Part shown: positions 1 to 8,933 of the stretch, one piece after another
Layout: each line of letters starts with the position of its first letter
How positions within the stretch are numbered: the first letter of the stretch is position 1
Source: a virus
Length of the DNA: 64,000 nucleotides
Reading direction: 5' to 3' (one strand)
IMG/VR virus record: IMGVR_UViG_3300028920_000002
Span: 122,724 to 186,723 of that record
Position numbers and translations under genes: made by a program
Notes under the pieces: model-generated
Told to the model about the DNA's origin: nothing
The model's database searches: none
Seen by the model: only the letters and a program-made list of their open reading frames with translations

Positions 1-2826
1 GTGACGCCCGTCTCCAACTTAGCCCCTCTTGCTAACGCTAGGAGTGCTCTACAAGCCCTTTCGTCGGCAACGGCAGAGCGCATCACACCCCTCGCACGCG
101 TGGAGGACTCGGCTGCGTACAACCGTTTCGAGAGCAACACTACTCGCTTCCTGCGTGACTCGAGCAAGAACATCCGTAGCTCTGGTGCCATCGTACGGAC
201 CCCGCAAGAGTCCAAGAGCTTGCTCGCCGGCTACGTTTCTAGCCTCAAGTCTCAGCATGAAGCTCTGCTCCAGCGTGTGGGCTACCTGACTGGCGGGATT
301 GACGAGTTCAACTCGATGAACCTGCCGGCGACGCTGAGCGCCAGCATCATCGCCAACGCCCAGTCCGTGCTCGCTGAGCACTACGATACCCTCGCCGACC
401 TGACCGACGCCCAGCGACTGGCAAGGATGCGGGAGGTGACGCTGGATGTACTGGCAGCTCGAGCCGTGGTTCGTGGCTTCGGAGCGCTGCCTCCACTGAC
501 CACCTTCGTGGTGATGGAAGGCTTCGGCTCGCCCTATGCTGATGCCGACCACCCAGCTACTCCAGCCAGCCTCGCCTCCGACAAGTACGGTCCGTACATC
601 ATCGTGGAAGGGGGCAATCAGCTCTACTTCCAGGTGGACAGCTCTGAGAACATCAACGTCCAGGTCCCCGGCTCCTATTCGGCGCAGGTGGCGTCGCAGC
701 TAGTCGAGACCTATGATGTCGACACCGGCGGGGACTACCTCTACATCTTCTCCGAGGCGGATAGCGGGAGCTGGTTCTACGGCGTGAACGTCACGTTGAG
801 TCATGGAAGCGCGCAGAGTGCCCAGGACATCGCTGACGACATCAACGGGGCGGTGACTACCGAACCCATCTTCGCCGAGCCATACAACCAGCGGGTGAAG
901 TTCAGCGGGCCCGTCTACATCAAGAATCCCTCTGGGGCCAACGCCGACTTCGAGAAGGCGGTGGACCCGCCCGCCACCACTGGGGACTGGGGCGACCTGA
1001 CCTATCAGCCCGAGGCAGGAGACTACTTCTACGTCGACAGCAGCGTGGAGCCCAGCAACACTGGCTGGTGGGTCATCAACAACGTCACTGGCTTGCCTAC
1101 CTCCTTCAACGCCGACCGGGTGGCGGGTGGCACCGTCGTGGAGGAGATAGCCCCGTTGACCGCTCCTAGCCTGGAGCTAGGACAAGATGCTCGGGGCGTG
1201 CTCATCCGCTTCACGGATGCGGTCATTCGAGACTCCATTGAGGAGCGGGCCAAGTTGAGGGTGAGCGGCAATGCGTGCGCCACGTTGGGCTACGCAGAGT
1301 CTGCCGTATTCACTTCTCAGCCTACTCCAGTAGCCGATGTGGTGAGGGCCCTGAACGACTCCTTCTCCATCGCACCTGTAGGCACGGCGAGGATGCGAGC
1401 AGACGTGGGGTACACGGCCAACGTCTACGACGGCACGATTCGTACTGTGCCTACGAATCCACTCAAGGTGGTGGCGAGTGTCGCCGAGGGTACGGGTGAC
1501 CTCATCACCAACTCAGGCATTCACCGATTCAACAACCTGAGCTTCGCCGCAAGTGAGGCCACCATCTACAGAACCGTGTTGGTCGCCCGAGGTAGTACGC
1601 AGGAGGGCGTTGTAGACACCTGGGGAATCGTTGTGGGCGTGGGCGCTGACTACCTGGATGTGGACTGGCAGGGCCCAGACATTCCAGCGCTGGAGACTGG
1701 CATGCAGCTCGAGCTGGGGTGGCACCTGCGCTCCGGGTCTCAGCCAGCTATCAAGCACATCGTGATGGTCATCGAGGATGATGGGTTGAACGACGGCACC
1801 TACCTCGAGTGTGAGGCAGAGCCACTCATACCTTCGTGCGAACTGACGCTGACCCGCCCGCTGCCGGTGCCCTACGACCTGGGCTCTCAGCCGCTGAGGC
1901 ACACAGGCTCGATGGGGCAGCAGCGTGCCGTCTTTGCCAGCACCAGCGTGTTGGCCGACAGCGCCATCGAGATGCAGAGTGGTGATGACGATGCCTACGA
2001 CGAGTTCTTCAACCCCGCCACTCCCCTGCCGTCTGCTGTAGGCTCCACGCGTTTCTTCCAGACGCCAGAAGAGCCCAAGCAGGTGGAGCCAGATGACCTG
2101 CTCGAGCTCTACGATACGAACGCCATCACAGCGAGCTACATCTGCACCATCGACAACGTCGAGGTGGACGACTCATTGGTTCGAGTGGAGGAGGGCAGTG
2201 AGCTGGACCTGGACCTGGGCTCCTTTGACCTCGACCCGGACAACGGCATCCCGCTGGCCCGCATTCGCAAGGGTAGGCTGAACAACTTCACCGAGTTCGC
2301 CGACCAGGCAAACGATTGGGTAGAGCTGCCTGTCAACGAAACCGTGGCCTACTTCCGTGAGCTCAACCGGCTGGTGAACGTCCTGGCGGTGAACGCCAAT
2401 CCCACACCAGGGCAAATCAACACCGTGGTGGGCACCCTGCAGAGTCTCAGCAATACGCTGGACCAGCTCGAGCCCATCTTGGCCATCTACGAAGCCGACA
2501 CGGTGGAGCAGGTGGATGCCCTACTTGCCGCCTACAAAGAGAAGGGCTCGGACCGAGCTTCAGACATCTTGCTCGAAGGCAGGTTCAGGGACTTCTTCAA
2601 CCTCAGCCAGGATGAGGTGAGCTACGCCGGCGCTGTGCAGGCAGGGGTCAAGGAAGTGATGCGCGCCGACCTACCCGTCAGGCGCTACGACCGTCCTCGA
2701 GATGGCTACATCGTCGCCGAGTACGAGGAGAAGGACTTCGAGTACGACTGGAGCGACGCCGAGGATGATTATGAGGACGTGAGTGCTCCAGCTGAGGACG
2801 TCGTTTTCCCCCGCTCGGCCTTCTAG
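1..2826 (+). CDS. Large virion structural protein, probably tail/baseplate-associated; may be 5'-truncated by the window
   Basis: 941-aa ORF. Acidic, beta-rich composition like the baseplate proteins at 25-40 kb; very acidic C-terminus; no enzyme motif seen. Confidence 0.55.
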   Translation: MTPVSNLAPLANARSALQALSSATAERITPLARVEDSAAYNRFESNTTRFLRDSSKNIRSSGAIVRTPQESKSLLAGYVSSLKSQHEALLQRVGYLTGGIDEFNSMNLPATLSASIIANAQSVLAEHYDTLADLTDAQRLARMREVTLDVLAARAVVRGFGALPPLTTFVVMEGFGSPYADADHPATPASLASDKYGPYIIVEGGNQLYFQVDSSENINVQVPGSYSAQVASQLVETYDVDTGGDYLYIFSEADSGSWFYGVNVTLSHGSAQSAQDIADDINGAVTTEPIFAEPYNQRVKFSGPVYIKNPSGANADFEKAVDPPATTGDWGDLTYQPEAGDYFYVDSSVEPSNTGWWVINNVTGLPTSFNADRVAGGTVVEEIAPLTAPSLELGQDARGVLIRFTDAVIRDSIEERAKLRVSGNACATLGYAESAVFTSQPTPVADVVRALNDSFSIAPVGTARMRADVGYTANVYDGTIRTVPTNPLKVVASVAEGTGDLITNSGIHRFNNLSFAASEATIYRTVLVARGSTQEGVVDTWGIVVGVGADYLDVDWQGPDIPALETGMQLELGWHLRSGSQPAIKHIVMVIEDDGLNDGTYLECEAEPLIPSCELTLTRPLPVPYDLGSQPLRHTGSMGQQRAVFASTSVLADSAIEMQSGDDDAYDEFFNPATPLPSAVGSTRFFQTPEEPKQVEPDDLLELYDTNAITASYICTIDNVEVDDSLVRVEEGSELDLDLGSFDLDPDNGIPLARIRKGRLNNFTEFADQANDWVELPVNETVAYFRELNRLVNVLAVNANPTPGQINTVVGTLQSLSNTLDQLEPILAIYEADTVEQVDALLAAYKEKGSDRASDILLEGRFRDFFNLSQDEVSYAGAVQAGVKEVMRADLPVRRYDRPRDGYIVAEYEEKDFEYDWSDAEDDYEDVSAPAEDVVFPRSAF

Positions 2827-2850
2827 CTGGATAGCTAGTTGAGCGGAGAC

Positions 2851-2879
2851 CAGAGCGATTATAGCTATAATTGGCTCTG
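2851..2879. repeat. Inverted repeat with a perfect 14-bp palindromic core
   Basis: CAGAGC-g-ATTATAGCTATAAT-tg-GCTCTG; core at 2858-2871. Confidence 0.85.
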
Positions 2880-2913
2880 TAAGAAGCCACCGGATCGTGG
2901 AGCCTGTTTTTAC

Positions 2914-2920
2914 GGTATAA
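2914..2920 (+). promoter_or_regulatory. GGTATAA -10-like promoter element
   Basis: Intergenic, upstream of the SD-led gene at 2944; same 7-mer at 8218, 20348 and 21794. Confidence 0.5.
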
Positions 2921-2943
2921 AGGCTGTGCGGTGAGGACACGCC

Positions 2944-3315
2944 GTGGATTGGAGCGCTATGACGAACAGGCAAACAGAGGACAAGTATGAGTTCGACGTC
3001 GAGCTGAGCATCCCCGTACTGGAGCAGCTCTTGGAGATGGCCAAGGAGGCCAAGCGCGCCGGTACGATGCGGCGCAACCGTAAGGGCGAGGAGGTCTTCC
3101 CGGTCTTCACCGTATCGACCGACCGTTCCTTCGGTCGCCACTGCCCGGGGCGCAAGGGCGTCTGCAAGTGCGGTGGCAAGTTCGCCTTCGTGGAAGACGT
3201 CGGCTGGCGCACGGTGGTGGAGTACACCGAAGTACGCACCCTCAAGGGTGTTGAAAAGCGAGTGTCTAGGGTCATGGTCCGCGACCAACCCTGCTGCAAG
3301 CTCTGTAGGAGGTAG
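2944..3315 (+). CDS. Cys-rich hypothetical protein (possible Zn-binding)
   Basis: HCPGRKGVCKCG and CCKLC motifs; GAGG upstream. Confidence 0.7.
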   Translation: MDWSAMTNRQTEDKYEFDVELSIPVLEQLLEMAKEAKRAGTMRRNRKGEEVFPVFTVSTDRSFGRHCPGRKGVCKCGGKFAFVEDVGWRTVVEYTEVRTLKGVEKRVSRVMVRDQPCCKLCRR

Positions 3316-3317
3316 CC

Positions 3318-3635
3318 ATGTCGACGGTCTACGAGAACATTCCGGTCTACATGCCTCGCTACAAGTGGGTGATGCTGCGCTGCCTTCTCAAAGTAGCTGC
3401 AGACACCCTCTACGCTAGCGGTGACCACCTCATCGACGTGAGCACGCTCAGCGACGAGGAGCGTAGAGCTCTGGACGACTCCATCAAGGAAGCGTTCGAC
3501 GTAGAGGATGAACCGGTAGTACTGCTCAGGGCGCCGGATGAGCAGGACCCACTCTGTATGTACGAGATGGTAGAGCGCAGCCTGGCTTCTCAGTTGGGAG
3601 GAGACCCGTTGGAGGTGGGGCTAAAGCAAGGTTGA
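3318..3635 (+). CDS. Hypothetical protein
   Basis: 105-aa ORF closely following the previous gene, with GGAGG SD. Confidence 0.7.
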   Translation: MSTVYENIPVYMPRYKWVMLRCLLKVAADTLYASGDHLIDVSTLSDEERRALDDSIKEAFDVEDEPVVLLRAPDEQDPLCMYEMVERSLASQLGGDPLEVGLKQG

Positions 3636-3636
3636 G

Positions 3637-3665
3637 TTCAAAAACGGCAATCGTGCTGGTAGACT
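3637..3665 (+). promoter_or_regulatory. Sigma70-type promoter, leaderless geometry
   Basis: TTCAAA-N17-TAGACT with extended TG; 6 nt to the GTG at 3672. Confidence 0.6.
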
Positions 3666-3671
3666 GAGCTG

Positions 3672-4505
3672 GTGAACTACTCCAGCATGCGGGACGAGTT
3701 TTACAAGATTGCCAAGGAGAAGAAGCCGCCGGTGCCCGGTGAGCGAGATGTACTGCTGGGTACCGGTGGATGGCTTGGCTCTAAGGCCATGAAGGCGGTT
3801 GGCAGAAAGGGCAACGCCGCTCTCGTTGAAGAGCTCATGAACGAGACTCCCACCCCGTCAGACGTTCGCACCAGGCAAATCAACCTCTTCAAAAAGATGG
3901 TCGGTGGTTCCGGTGTGGACGTCTACGGCAAGCAGCTTACTGGTCACGGCCCAGCTGCCATCCAAGCTCTGAAGACTAAGCCGGCCATGCACATCGCCCC
4001 AGAGATGATTGGCATGCCGGGCATCATCGCTCATGAGCTCGGCCATGTTGACGTAGCCAAGGGTCGCATCGGCAAATTCGTCGGGGGCCTTCCCGGTGTG
4101 CTTGGTGGGATGGCTGCAAGAAAGGTGTCTCCCTACACAGCACTAGCTGGCGGACTACTCACTGGAGCCAGCAAGGAAGAGGATGAAGGGAAGCGGCGTA
4201 CCGGCACGGCGATGGCTGCGGCCCCTACTGTGTTGGGCCAAGGTCAACAGTTGGCCGATGAGGCCGGGGCAAGCTTGTACGGTCTGCGTCGTCTACGCCA
4301 AGCAGGGGCTACTCCGGCGGAGATGTCGGCAGCCCGCAAGCACATGACCAAGGCGTTCGGCACCTATGGCACCGCTGCGCTGGTACCTGCGGGTACTGCT
4401 CTTGGGCTGTACGGGATAGGTCGTGGCGCGGCAGGTATGGTGCGCAGGCGAGCACATCTGAATTCCAGAGCTAGAGAAGAAGCGCCCCCGGACGCTTCTT
4501 CCTAG
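3672..4505 (+). CDS. HEXXH zinc-metallopeptidase-like protein with Gly/Ala-rich hydrophobic segments
   Basis: IIAHELGH (aa 118-125) plus a distal DEAGAS glutamate (gluzincin pattern); N-terminal RDEFYKIA motif. Confidence 0.65.
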   Translation: MNYSSMRDEFYKIAKEKKPPVPGERDVLLGTGGWLGSKAMKAVGRKGNAALVEELMNETPTPSDVRTRQINLFKKMVGGSGVDVYGKQLTGHGPAAIQALKTKPAMHIAPEMIGMPGIIAHELGHVDVAKGRIGKFVGGLPGVLGGMAARKVSPYTALAGGLLTGASKEEDEGKRRTGTAMAAAPTVLGQGQQLADEAGASLYGLRRLRQAGATPAEMSAARKHMTKAFGTYGTAALVPAGTALGLYGIGRGAAGMVRRRAHLNSRAREEAPPDASS

Positions 4506-4508
4506 CCC

Positions 4509-4925
4509 TCAGTTGTTCGGGCTGTGTGCCTTGGCGGCGTCCCCGACAACCTTCTCCTCTACTGGGCGAATGATGCGCTGAAGTAGGCCGCCCACCATTC
4601 GGCGAGCCTCCTCATCACGAACTGCCTCGTACGCCTCTACTGCCTCCTTGGTGAAGTTCGGGCAGCCGACCGTGAACAGGGTGCGGGCAGCCTCGAGCAG
4701 TAGGGCCTCTGCCACCCTGTGCGCCGCCCAGGACATCGCCGCATCATGCGTCTCCTTGTCGTCGGTCTCGTCGTCCACCATGTCCTCACAGTCCTCGACC
4801 ATCTTCGAGAGCTGATTGCTCAGCGCAGTGCGGATGTGGACCCCGAGCTTGACGACGAACTCCTCGCTCGTCGCTTCGGTGAGTTTGCAGGTGGCGCAGT
4901 CACACTTCTTCTCTTCGTTGGACAT
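4509..4925 (-). CDS. Hypothetical protein
   Basis: 138-aa ORF with AGGAGG SD; N-terminal CDCATC. Confidence 0.7.
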   Translation of the reverse strand: MSNEEKKCDCATCKLTEATSEEFVVKLGVHIRTALSNQLSKMVEDCEDMVDDETDDKETHDAAMSWAAHRVAEALLLEAARTLFTVGCPNFTKEAVEAYEAVRDEEARRMVGGLLQRIIRPVEEKVVGDAAKAHSPNN

Positions 4926-5077
4926 ACTTCCTCCTTTCCACTGTTGTTATTCCTTACTTGTGCTCAAGTTGTTGTAGCAGTACATCGACTGGCCCGCTGT
5001 CCGCTTGACCTACACTTCGGCGTCCGTGTACAACCGTCTGGCTTGGTGGGAAGGTCTCTCTCGAAAGGAGCAGAGCT

Positions 5078-5683
5078 GTGGAGAACTTGTCGACGTTCGA
5101 GATGGGGTTGATTCTGGTGGCTGCCATCACCGTCATCCCGTTGGTGGTGTGGTGGACCAGGAAGATGGATGCTGTGCACAAGGAGCGGCAGTCCGCTGCC
5201 ATGGCAGAGCTCGAGGAGAAGGCAGCTGAGGTCCGTCAGCAGCAGATGCGCAAGGGCACCCACGACCAGTACGGCCACCGCTTGTGTGTCACCTGCAATG
5301 ACAAGATGACTCGAGCCACCCAGCCGGCGTTCGTGGTCAAACAGAGCGAGGGCTTCTGGGACTTGGTCAGGCGCCGATTCGGAGCTCCAGCCCGCTACAT
5401 CGTCACTCAGCTCAAGAAGGGCGACGATACCACTGACGTCTACTGTGACCAGTGTGCTGACCTGGTGCGCTTGGCGCACGAGGACTACATCCTCCGTTAC
5501 GAAAAGAAGGTCCGTGAGTTCAAGCGTGATGCTGCGGTAGAGCTCAGGCGTTGGCTCATTCATGGCTGCAATGACACCGTGGCCCTGCTCATCGAGAAGC
5601 ATGACGAGCGCATCAAGCAGACCGAGCCTCAGCCCAAGCGGGCTACGGTCGTGCCACTGAAGACCGACGCCAACGGAGGGTAG
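5078..5683 (+). CDS. Membrane-anchored hypothetical protein with two CxxC motifs
   Basis: N-terminal TM helix (LILVAAITVIPLVVWW); CVTC and CDQC; AAGGAG SD. Confidence 0.7.
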   Translation: MENLSTFEMGLILVAAITVIPLVVWWTRKMDAVHKERQSAAMAELEEKAAEVRQQQMRKGTHDQYGHRLCVTCNDKMTRATQPAFVVKQSEGFWDLVRRRFGAPARYIVTQLKKGDDTTDVYCDQCADLVRLAHEDYILRYEKKVREFKRDAAVELRRWLIHGCNDTVALLIEKHDERIKQTEPQPKRATVVPLKTDANGG

Positions 5684-6328
5684 ATGCCCAAGCATCTGCT
5701 CATCCTGGTCGCACTGCTGTGCGCCCTGGGGGCCACTTTGCCTTCAGTGGTGTCCCAGGCCCGTGTCGTATCGACGACCCGTATCGAGCGGGCGTGGAAG
5801 AAGACCTGCCCGCATCTCAACACGGCGCTGGCTAGGTCTTGGGCCAAGGTGCTGCAGAAGGAGGCGAAGAAGCGCTCCTTCTGTCCCTACACCGTCATCG
5901 CCATCGTCAAGCATGAGACTGGCGGAACGTGCAATCCCAGACTCGTCTACAACAATCTGCCTCGGGAGTATTCGGTGGGCCTGGGGCAGGTCAACGTCAT
6001 ACACCATCGAGATTGCAAAGCAGGAGGCATCCAGTCGCCGGGCTGCCAGGCATACATCGGAATGCTCATGGATGGAGGCTCCAACCTGCGGGTGGTGTCC
6101 TCACTCATCACGGCGAATCGGAAGTTCTGTAGAAAGAAGACGGGGAGGTCGGCTCTGTTTGCTCGGTGGTTGAGCTCCTATCAGGGGCTCAACAACAGCC
6201 GAGGGAGGAAGGGCGTATGGTGCAACATGCGGCAAGACAAGAACGGCCGCTGGAGCGACGTGAAGACCCCGTGGTCCACGAAGAGAGTCATCGACTACCG
6301 TCGGTATCTCGTTCGGACCTTGGGCTAA
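5684..6328 (+). CDS. Exported lytic transglycosylase (SLT / lysozyme-like fold)
   Basis: Signal peptide; IAIVKHETGG (catalytic Glu), SVGLGQVN (GLMQ-like motif), SNLRV motif. Confidence 0.75.
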   Translation: MPKHLLILVALLCALGATLPSVVSQARVVSTTRIERAWKKTCPHLNTALARSWAKVLQKEAKKRSFCPYTVIAIVKHETGGTCNPRLVYNNLPREYSVGLGQVNVIHHRDCKAGGIQSPGCQAYIGMLMDGGSNLRVVSSLITANRKFCRKKTGRSALFARWLSSYQGLNNSRGRKGVWCNMRQDKNGRWSDVKTPWSTKRVIDYRRYLVRTLG

Positions 6329-6618
6329 GCGAATTCTACGTCGAGAGCGAAGCGAGGCGTGAAGAGGAGCGCCTCGAGTCGGAGTCCGTCGCCCGCGTCG
6401 TCACCACTTTCTTGGTCATCGCCCTGCTTGGATTGCTGGTCCTCGTGGCCATCATCAAGATAGCTACGGCGAGAGGGTTACGTGACGCTCGCCCAGTGGA
6501 GCTGTCTTCGCTACACTGTCTGCATGAAGAATGGTCGGCGGCCCCGCTCCATTGCAGTGAAGAGCTTGATGCTGGGCTACCGACACACCGAGCCGGTGTC
6601 TCCGTACTGGCGTCCTGA
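6328..6618 (+). other. Coding-like TM segment with no nearby start codon
   Basis: Frame encodes SEFYVESEARREEERLE followed by a TM helix, but no ATG/GTG/TTG near 6328. Confidence 0.3.
6512..6517 (+). promoter_or_regulatory. -10 element TACACT, leaderless geometry
   Basis: TACACT-gtctgc-ATG (6524). Confidence 0.5.
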
Positions 6619-6961
6619 GACGCGTGCTGACTGCAGCAGAGTTCCTCGTCCTTGCCCCTACGTCGGGTGCCAGTACAACCTCTACCTGGACGTGCTTCGT
6701 AGTGGGTCGCTGAAGTACAACTTCCCGCATCTCGAACCCAGCCAGATGGTGGTGTCTTGCGTACTGGACATGGCAGAGGATGAGTGCGGCTGCACGTTGG
6801 AAGCGGTGGGCTCGGTGATGAACCTCACCAGAGAGCGGGTGAGGCAGATTGAAGCTCGAGCTCTGATGAAGCTGGAGCGGATGAACCCTCAGTTGAAAGA
6901 GTTCGTTCTGAACCGTCAGACTCCGTTAAGCCCCTCTGCTGAAGCGGCCGAGTCTGGATAA
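6524..6961 (+). CDS. Sigma70 region-4 HTH protein with Cys-rich N-terminal part (myxobacterial-type)
   Basis: RPETRADC..PRPCPYVGCQYNLYLDV followed by TLEAVGSVMNLTRERVRQIEARALMKL; no sigma region 2. Confidence 0.8.
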   Translation: MKNGRRPRSIAVKSLMLGYRHTEPVSPYWRPETRADCSRVPRPCPYVGCQYNLYLDVLRSGSLKYNFPHLEPSQMVVSCVLDMAEDECGCTLEAVGSVMNLTRERVRQIEARALMKLERMNPQLKEFVLNRQTPLSPSAEAAESG

Positions 6962-7263
6962 CGCCCTTGCTGAACAAGGGCCTTTCAGGGGTACCTCCGA
7001 AATCGGTGACCATACATGTATGTTCTCCAAATCCGCTCCTTGAATTGGTCGGACCAGGGCTGCAAATAGAAATCCAGCATCTTTTCCCACTTCACTACGA
7101 GCTCTCTCGTTTGTTGTTCTCCTTCGGAGAACTTCCCGCCGGCGACAGAAAAAGTTTAGACGCCCCAGCAAGGGCCCTTAACGACCCTCCCAGAACTTTT
7201 TCTTCAGCGCCGGAGAAGTGGAGCTAGCGAATGATGCGTCCAGAGACACACCACCCGCTGCCC

Positions 7264-8034
7264 TCAGTCGACCGCCAGGCAGATGGCCTTGGCAGTCGCC
7301 AACACGTAGCCGCTTGCGCCGACTGAGCAGACCCAACCCTGAGCGGAGGCGTTGCCGCTGTCGATGTCCGACTGCGTGAGCGGGTAGCTCGTGCGTACGA
7401 TGCCTCCTTGTCCAGCGTTGGTTAGGCACCCGCCGGTCAGCACGATGTCCCCAGCGTCACAGTAGACGAACAGGTTAGTCGTGTCATTTGAGACACCGGC
7501 GCTGTCGCTGCGCTCGTACAGCATGCTGGGGTCCACGACCCCGTCAGCGCCATCCACTCCTGGGGCTCCCGGAACGCCGGTGGCGCCACGCTCTCCTGGA
7601 ACCCCCTGAGCGCCGGTGGCTCCGACAGGGCCAGCCGGACCGACTGACCCCGTCTCTCCACGCTCACCCCTTTCACCGGCAGGGCCGGCCGGGCCCTCGC
7701 TCCCCGAGGGGACGACAACGCTCTGGTCGCCACATGTGACGAGGGCGCCCGCTGGGTCGGGCTGGACGGTGCACGACGCCCCCGGCTCTCCCGCTGGCCC
7801 CGGCTCGCCAGGAGGCGCCGCCGGACACTCGAGCGTACAGGCCGCTGCGATTTCGTCGGGGGTGAGGTCCTGCAGCTCGGTGTAGCCGGTAGTCCCCGCA
7901 GACCCCGTAGCAGTTGGGTCCGGTGCAGGAGCAGGAGTACCGGACGACGGTAAAGGGCCGTAGCTCCCGTCGTTCGAGCAGCCCGCCAGGGCGAGCAGGG
8001 TTGCGACGATGAGGCCCAGCTTGTGCGTGGTCAT
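7264..8034 (-). CDS. Collagen-like lipoprotein
   Basis: Lipobox LAG|C after a hydrophobic signal; two G-X-Y tracts; small Cys-containing C-terminal domain; GAGGTG SD. Confidence 0.8.
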   Translation of the reverse strand: MTTHKLGLIVATLLALAGCSNDGSYGPLPSSGTPAPAPDPTATGSAGTTGYTELQDLTPDEIAAACTLECPAAPPGEPGPAGEPGASCTVQPDPAGALVTCGDQSVVVPSGSEGPAGPAGERGERGETGSVGPAGPVGATGAQGVPGERGATGVPGAPGVDGADGVVDPSMLYERSDSAGVSNDTTNLFVYCDAGDIVLTGGCLTNAGQGGIVRTSYPLTQSDIDSGNASAQGWVCSVGASGYVLATAKAICLAVD

Positions 8035-8153
8035 GATGTCACCTCGTGATTGTAGTACCAATGCTGCGTGCGAGCACGTCAGCTTTTACTCTTTCCACTA
8101 CTGTTATCCCCGAACGCCTCTCTGAATTGAGGGCTACGACGGCGGCCCCGAAG

Positions 8154-8185
8154 GGCCGTGGGAGTCGAACCCAGTAACAACGGCC
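8154..8185 (-). other. tRNA-like mini-element (acceptor-like stem + T-arm) followed by a UUCG hairpin
   Basis: Minus strand reads GGCCGT-tgttact-GGGTTCGACTCCC-ACGGCC; no D or anticodon arm. Confidence 0.35.
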
Positions 8186-8217
8186 ATCTCCGTCACCACT
8201 ACTTTTATCCCCGAAAC

Positions 8218-8224
8218 GGTATAA
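8218..8224 (+). promoter_or_regulatory. GGTATAA -10-like promoter element
   Basis: In the divergent intergenic region upstream of 8261. Confidence 0.5.
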
Positions 8225-8260
8225 GGATTGTGGACACCTTGTAGGGTTGAAGGAGGACGG

Positions 8261-8482
8261 ATGGACAAGCCACTCTGGCGCTGCATTGGCGTCTTGAACG
8301 AGTCCACGGATTCGGTGGGCAAATCCCTCGAACGAGCGCTCAACAGGCTCGAGGATGAGGGCTACGATGTACGTGACCCTCTGCCCATCGGCGAGACCGG
8401 TCACTTCTTGGTGTACGGTAGGGTGCTACAGAAGACGAGGAGGAAACGTGGGGACAGTATGCCACCTTCCAGTCGCGGATAG
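8261..8482 (+). CDS. Small hypothetical protein
   Basis: AGGAGG SD then ATG (MDKPLW...). Confidence 0.65.
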   Translation: MDKPLWRCIGVLNESTDSVGKSLERALNRLEDEGYDVRDPLPIGETGHFLVYGRVLQKTRRKRGDSMPPSSRG

Positions 8483-8645
8483 ACCGAAGTCGAGGACCCT
8501 GCGCCTGCACTTCACGGCCACAGACGCCGAGCTTCGGGATATCCTCATCTACATCTCAGAGCTGCTATCAGAAGAAGTGGGCCCGCACGCCATGAGCGAA
8601 GAGGTCAGCGACCTACTTGAAAGAGACGCTGACTCAGCCAGCTGA
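8448..8645 (+). CDS. Small hypothetical protein
   Basis: AGGAGG SD 4 nt before GTG. Confidence 0.55.
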   Translation: MGTVCHLPVADRPKSRTLRLHFTATDAELRDILIYISELLSEEVGPHAMSEEVSDLLERDADSAS

Positions 8646-8933
8646 TGCCTTCTTGCTTGTAGAACTGAGCTGAGCTACATCGAGGTTGTTCACCCCCATG
8701 AGGGGCCTGGTCAATTCAGCAGTGAGAAAAAGCCTCCCGCCTGCTTCGGCACGCGCAAGTGCTTGGGCGAAGACAGTGTGGCTGAGCGCTGTCGGGGTTG
8801 CGCAGCCCCAGTCCTGTCGGCATTTGTGAGCACTGCTCACACCCGTCGATTAACTCGCTTGGCCAGTCCCACTCATGGGGGTGAGCAAAGCCTTCTGCTC
8901 TTCCGGGATAAAAGCCGTGGACAGGAGGACACC

